A stretch of 63,946 bases of DNA, counting the filler, from Hyphochytrium catenoides (Eukaryota > Protista > Hyphochytriomycota), in NCBI GenBank assembly GCA_900088475.1. It is 8 parts of 8 records of this genome, joined end to end, with 100 filler letters (N's around TTAATTAATTAA, not from the genome) between each part and the next. Parts side by side here need not be neighbours in the genome. Positions count along the whole stretch, not along the records: positions 59,786 to 61,549 come from FLMG01003468.1; positions 61,650 to 62,813 come from FLMG01000404.1; positions 62,914 to 63,946 come from FLMG01002359.1; 5 more parts are not named here. One strand, written 5' to 3'. Shown piece by piece: positions 60,774 through 63,946 of this stretch. The position numbers and the translations under genes are program-made. Position 1 is the first letter of the stretch. Every line of letters starts with the position of its first letter. Under the pieces are notes generated by a model. That model had not been told where the DNA came from and did no database searches. It was given only the letters and a program-made list of their open reading frames with translations.

Positions 60774-61549
60774 CAGAGAGAGAGAAGAGAGAGAAGAAGA
60801 ATGAGAGAGTGAGCCATTGGAATAGGAAGAGAGAGAGTGCAAAAGTCAGAGAAAGGCGAAAAAGAGAGAGAGAGGACATGGAAGGAAATTTGGAGAGAGA
60901 AGAACTGCATGAGAGAGAAAGAGCCACGGACCAAGAGAGAGAGGAAGTGCCATGACAGCGAGAGAGATAGACAAAGAGAGGGAGATAGAGAGAGAGTGTG
61001 TGAGAGAGAGAGAGTGAGAGGCGCTGTCATAACTAGCGAAGTTTGAGAGAGACTTGAGCGAAATAGTCCGCAGGCTATAAACAGAGAGAGAGAAGAGAGA
61101 GAGAGATGCAGATGTGAAAGAGAAGCTAAACGAGAGGCGGACAAGTTGAAAAGGCGAGAGAGGAGGCAGGTCTTCTTGTTCCCTCTCTCTTTCGACGGCT
61201 TCTCCTCTTTCTCTCTCTCTCTCTCTCTCTCTCCCCTCCCGCTTCTGGATGGTGTGTACCTGTGGTGGTGATAGGCCGAACGTGCTCGTCCTCTTTTCGT
61301 CCCGAAGGGGACTTCAGAGGGAGACCTGGCATTCCTCGTCGCCTTACCCTTCTCTCTATATCTCTCTCTCTCTCTGCCTCTCTCTCCCCCTCCCTGTTGC
61401 CTCGCGCTCTCTCTTTCTTTCTCCCTCACTGTTCAACTATCTCCAGCGCCCGCATGTTCGCTCTCTGTGACTCTCATTGGCAACATAGATCACTGAGAGA
61501 ACCATCTCTTCCTCCTCCTGCCTGGGCGTTTTGGCTCTGTCTGTGCGTC

Positions 61550-61649
61550 NNNNNNNNNNNNNNNNNNNNNNNNNNNNNNNNNNNNNNNNNNNNTTAATTA
61601 ATTAANNNNNNNNNNNNNNNNNNNNNNNNNNNNNNNNNNNNNNNNNNNN
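61550..61649. other. artificial contig linker
   Basis: N44-TTAATTAATTAA-N44. Confidence 0.98.
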
Positions 61650-61840
61650 ACGTCAGCCGGTCTCTGCCAATATTTTCCCTTTGCCTATGTACACTTTTCA
61701 GCCATCAGAACGCTGACAGTTCTGGTTCAAAGAGAGAGAGAAGCGCGGGGCGCCGGCGATCGGACCAAAGGCAATGAATGGAGAGAGACCAGGAGCGGAG
61801 CGAGAAAAAGAGAGAGAGAGAGAGAGAGAGACAAAGCGAC

Positions 61841-61877
<37 letters not shown>

Positions 61878-62051
61878 GAGGCAGAGCAATTAACTGTCTG
61901 CAGCTTTTATAACATTTTACAGTCTGTGCCTTCAGATGCCTGCGAGGATTACCGTCTCTCACCGCGCACGACTGTCTTTCTGTCTCTTCTCTCTCCTACG
62001 TTCTGCTGTCTCTCTCAGAAAGCAGCTGTCCTTAGCTCGGCTTTTCCAGAG

Positions 62052-62086
<35 letters not shown>

Positions 62087-62751
62087 ACATGGCGAGAGAG
62101 AGAGGAATGGCGAGAGAAAGAGAGGTGGAAACGGAGGAGGGAGAGAGAGAGTCACGACTCTGATCTGCTGAAAGATGTTCAATAATAAGTCAGACTATCT
62201 ATAATATAGGGACACAGGTGTGCCTCCCTCTCTCTTCTTAGCTCTGTGTCCCCCTCCGCCTCTGTGTGTCTCTCTCCCTCTCTCTCTCTCTCTCTTCCTC
62301 TCTCTTGCGCTGTTCATTCCATTGTCTTCGGCGCTAGCTCCAGAGGCCGAGGTTCTGCACTTGGCTCCTGAGCTCCGTCAGTTCTAGCTTCCGCGTCTCC
62401 ACGACTTTGTCCTTGCTCTGAAGCTTGGAGCCTGAAAGACATAAAGCATTAGCAGCCAGAAAGAGAGAGAANNNNNNNNNNNNNNNNCTGATATAAAGAA
62501 TCCACGGTGGCACCAGCAGACTATGTGGAGGAAACGCGGAGATAGGATGGGATAGGGGAGAAAAGAGAGAGAGAGAGAGAGAAACAAAGAGAGAAGGAGA
62601 GAGAGAGGAAAGAAGAAACAGAATAGCGCAGTACCAATGCTAATCATGCTTCCTGAGCGGCCTGGAAACCCTGGCGTCGAACCTAATCATCGCAAAATAA
62701 GACACACTTACTCTTTCTCTCGGCCGGTTTCTCTCTTTCGGGATCTGTCTG

Positions 62752-62787
<36 letters not shown>

Positions 62788-62813
62788 TCTCTCTCTCTCT
62801 CTCTGTGTGTGTG

Positions 62814-62913
62814 NNNNNNNNNNNNNNNNNNNNNNNNNNNNNNNNNNNNNNNNNNNNTTAATTAATTAANNNNNNNNNNNNNNNNNNNNNNNNNNNNNNN
62901 NNNNNNNNNNNNN
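62814..62913. other. artificial contig linker
   Basis: N44-TTAATTAATTAA-N44. Confidence 0.98.
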
Positions 62914-63028
62914 GTAATGCCAAGAGTAAAGATATGGAATCAAAGCGAATGGCAGCGGGCGAAGGCTCAAAGTAGACGAAGTTAGCTTGTCAGCATCTCC
63001 ACTCAGACAGAGGTGGCGCCAGACTTAC

Positions 63029-63946
<918 letters not shown>

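Noticed and set aside
59786-62813. Possible exons in contigs 6 and 7
   Set aside because: Short complex islands exist (e.g. about 60550-60710, minus strand), but no coherent reading frame or family motif could be supported.

Overview
Eukaryotic, intron-rich, (GA/CT)n-microsatellite-rich DNA, most likely from a flagellated stramenopile. It is not one locus: eight contigs are joined by seven artificial 100-bp linkers (44 N + TTAATTAATTAA + 44 N), giving pieces 1-3517, 3618-18046, 18147-48856, 48957-56670, 56771-59685, 59786-61549, 61650-62813 and 62914-63946. Contig 1 is a nest of decayed Ty1/copia fragments containing a tRNA-like element. Contig 2 holds a mastigoneme-type EGF-repeat gene, a multi-exon polycystin-2-like channel fused to two ryanodine-receptor (RyR) repeats with a possible pyruvate-kinase-barrel-like insert, an eS26 gene lacking three of its four Zn-ligand cysteines, and the first exon of an FAD oxidoreductase. 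Contig 3 holds an intronless subtilisin with three PAN/Apple modules, an intronless membrane-anchored AAA+ ATPase resembling giant-virus proteins, three paralogous orphan 7-TM genes with identical intron positions, a putative GPI-anchored protein, a double zinc-ribbon ORF, XRCC2 and PSME3IP1/FAM192A. The last contig holds part of a type I arginine methyltransferase. Most ORFs in the supplied track are microsatellite artefacts. All family assignments come from motif recognition by eye and none has been checked by database search.
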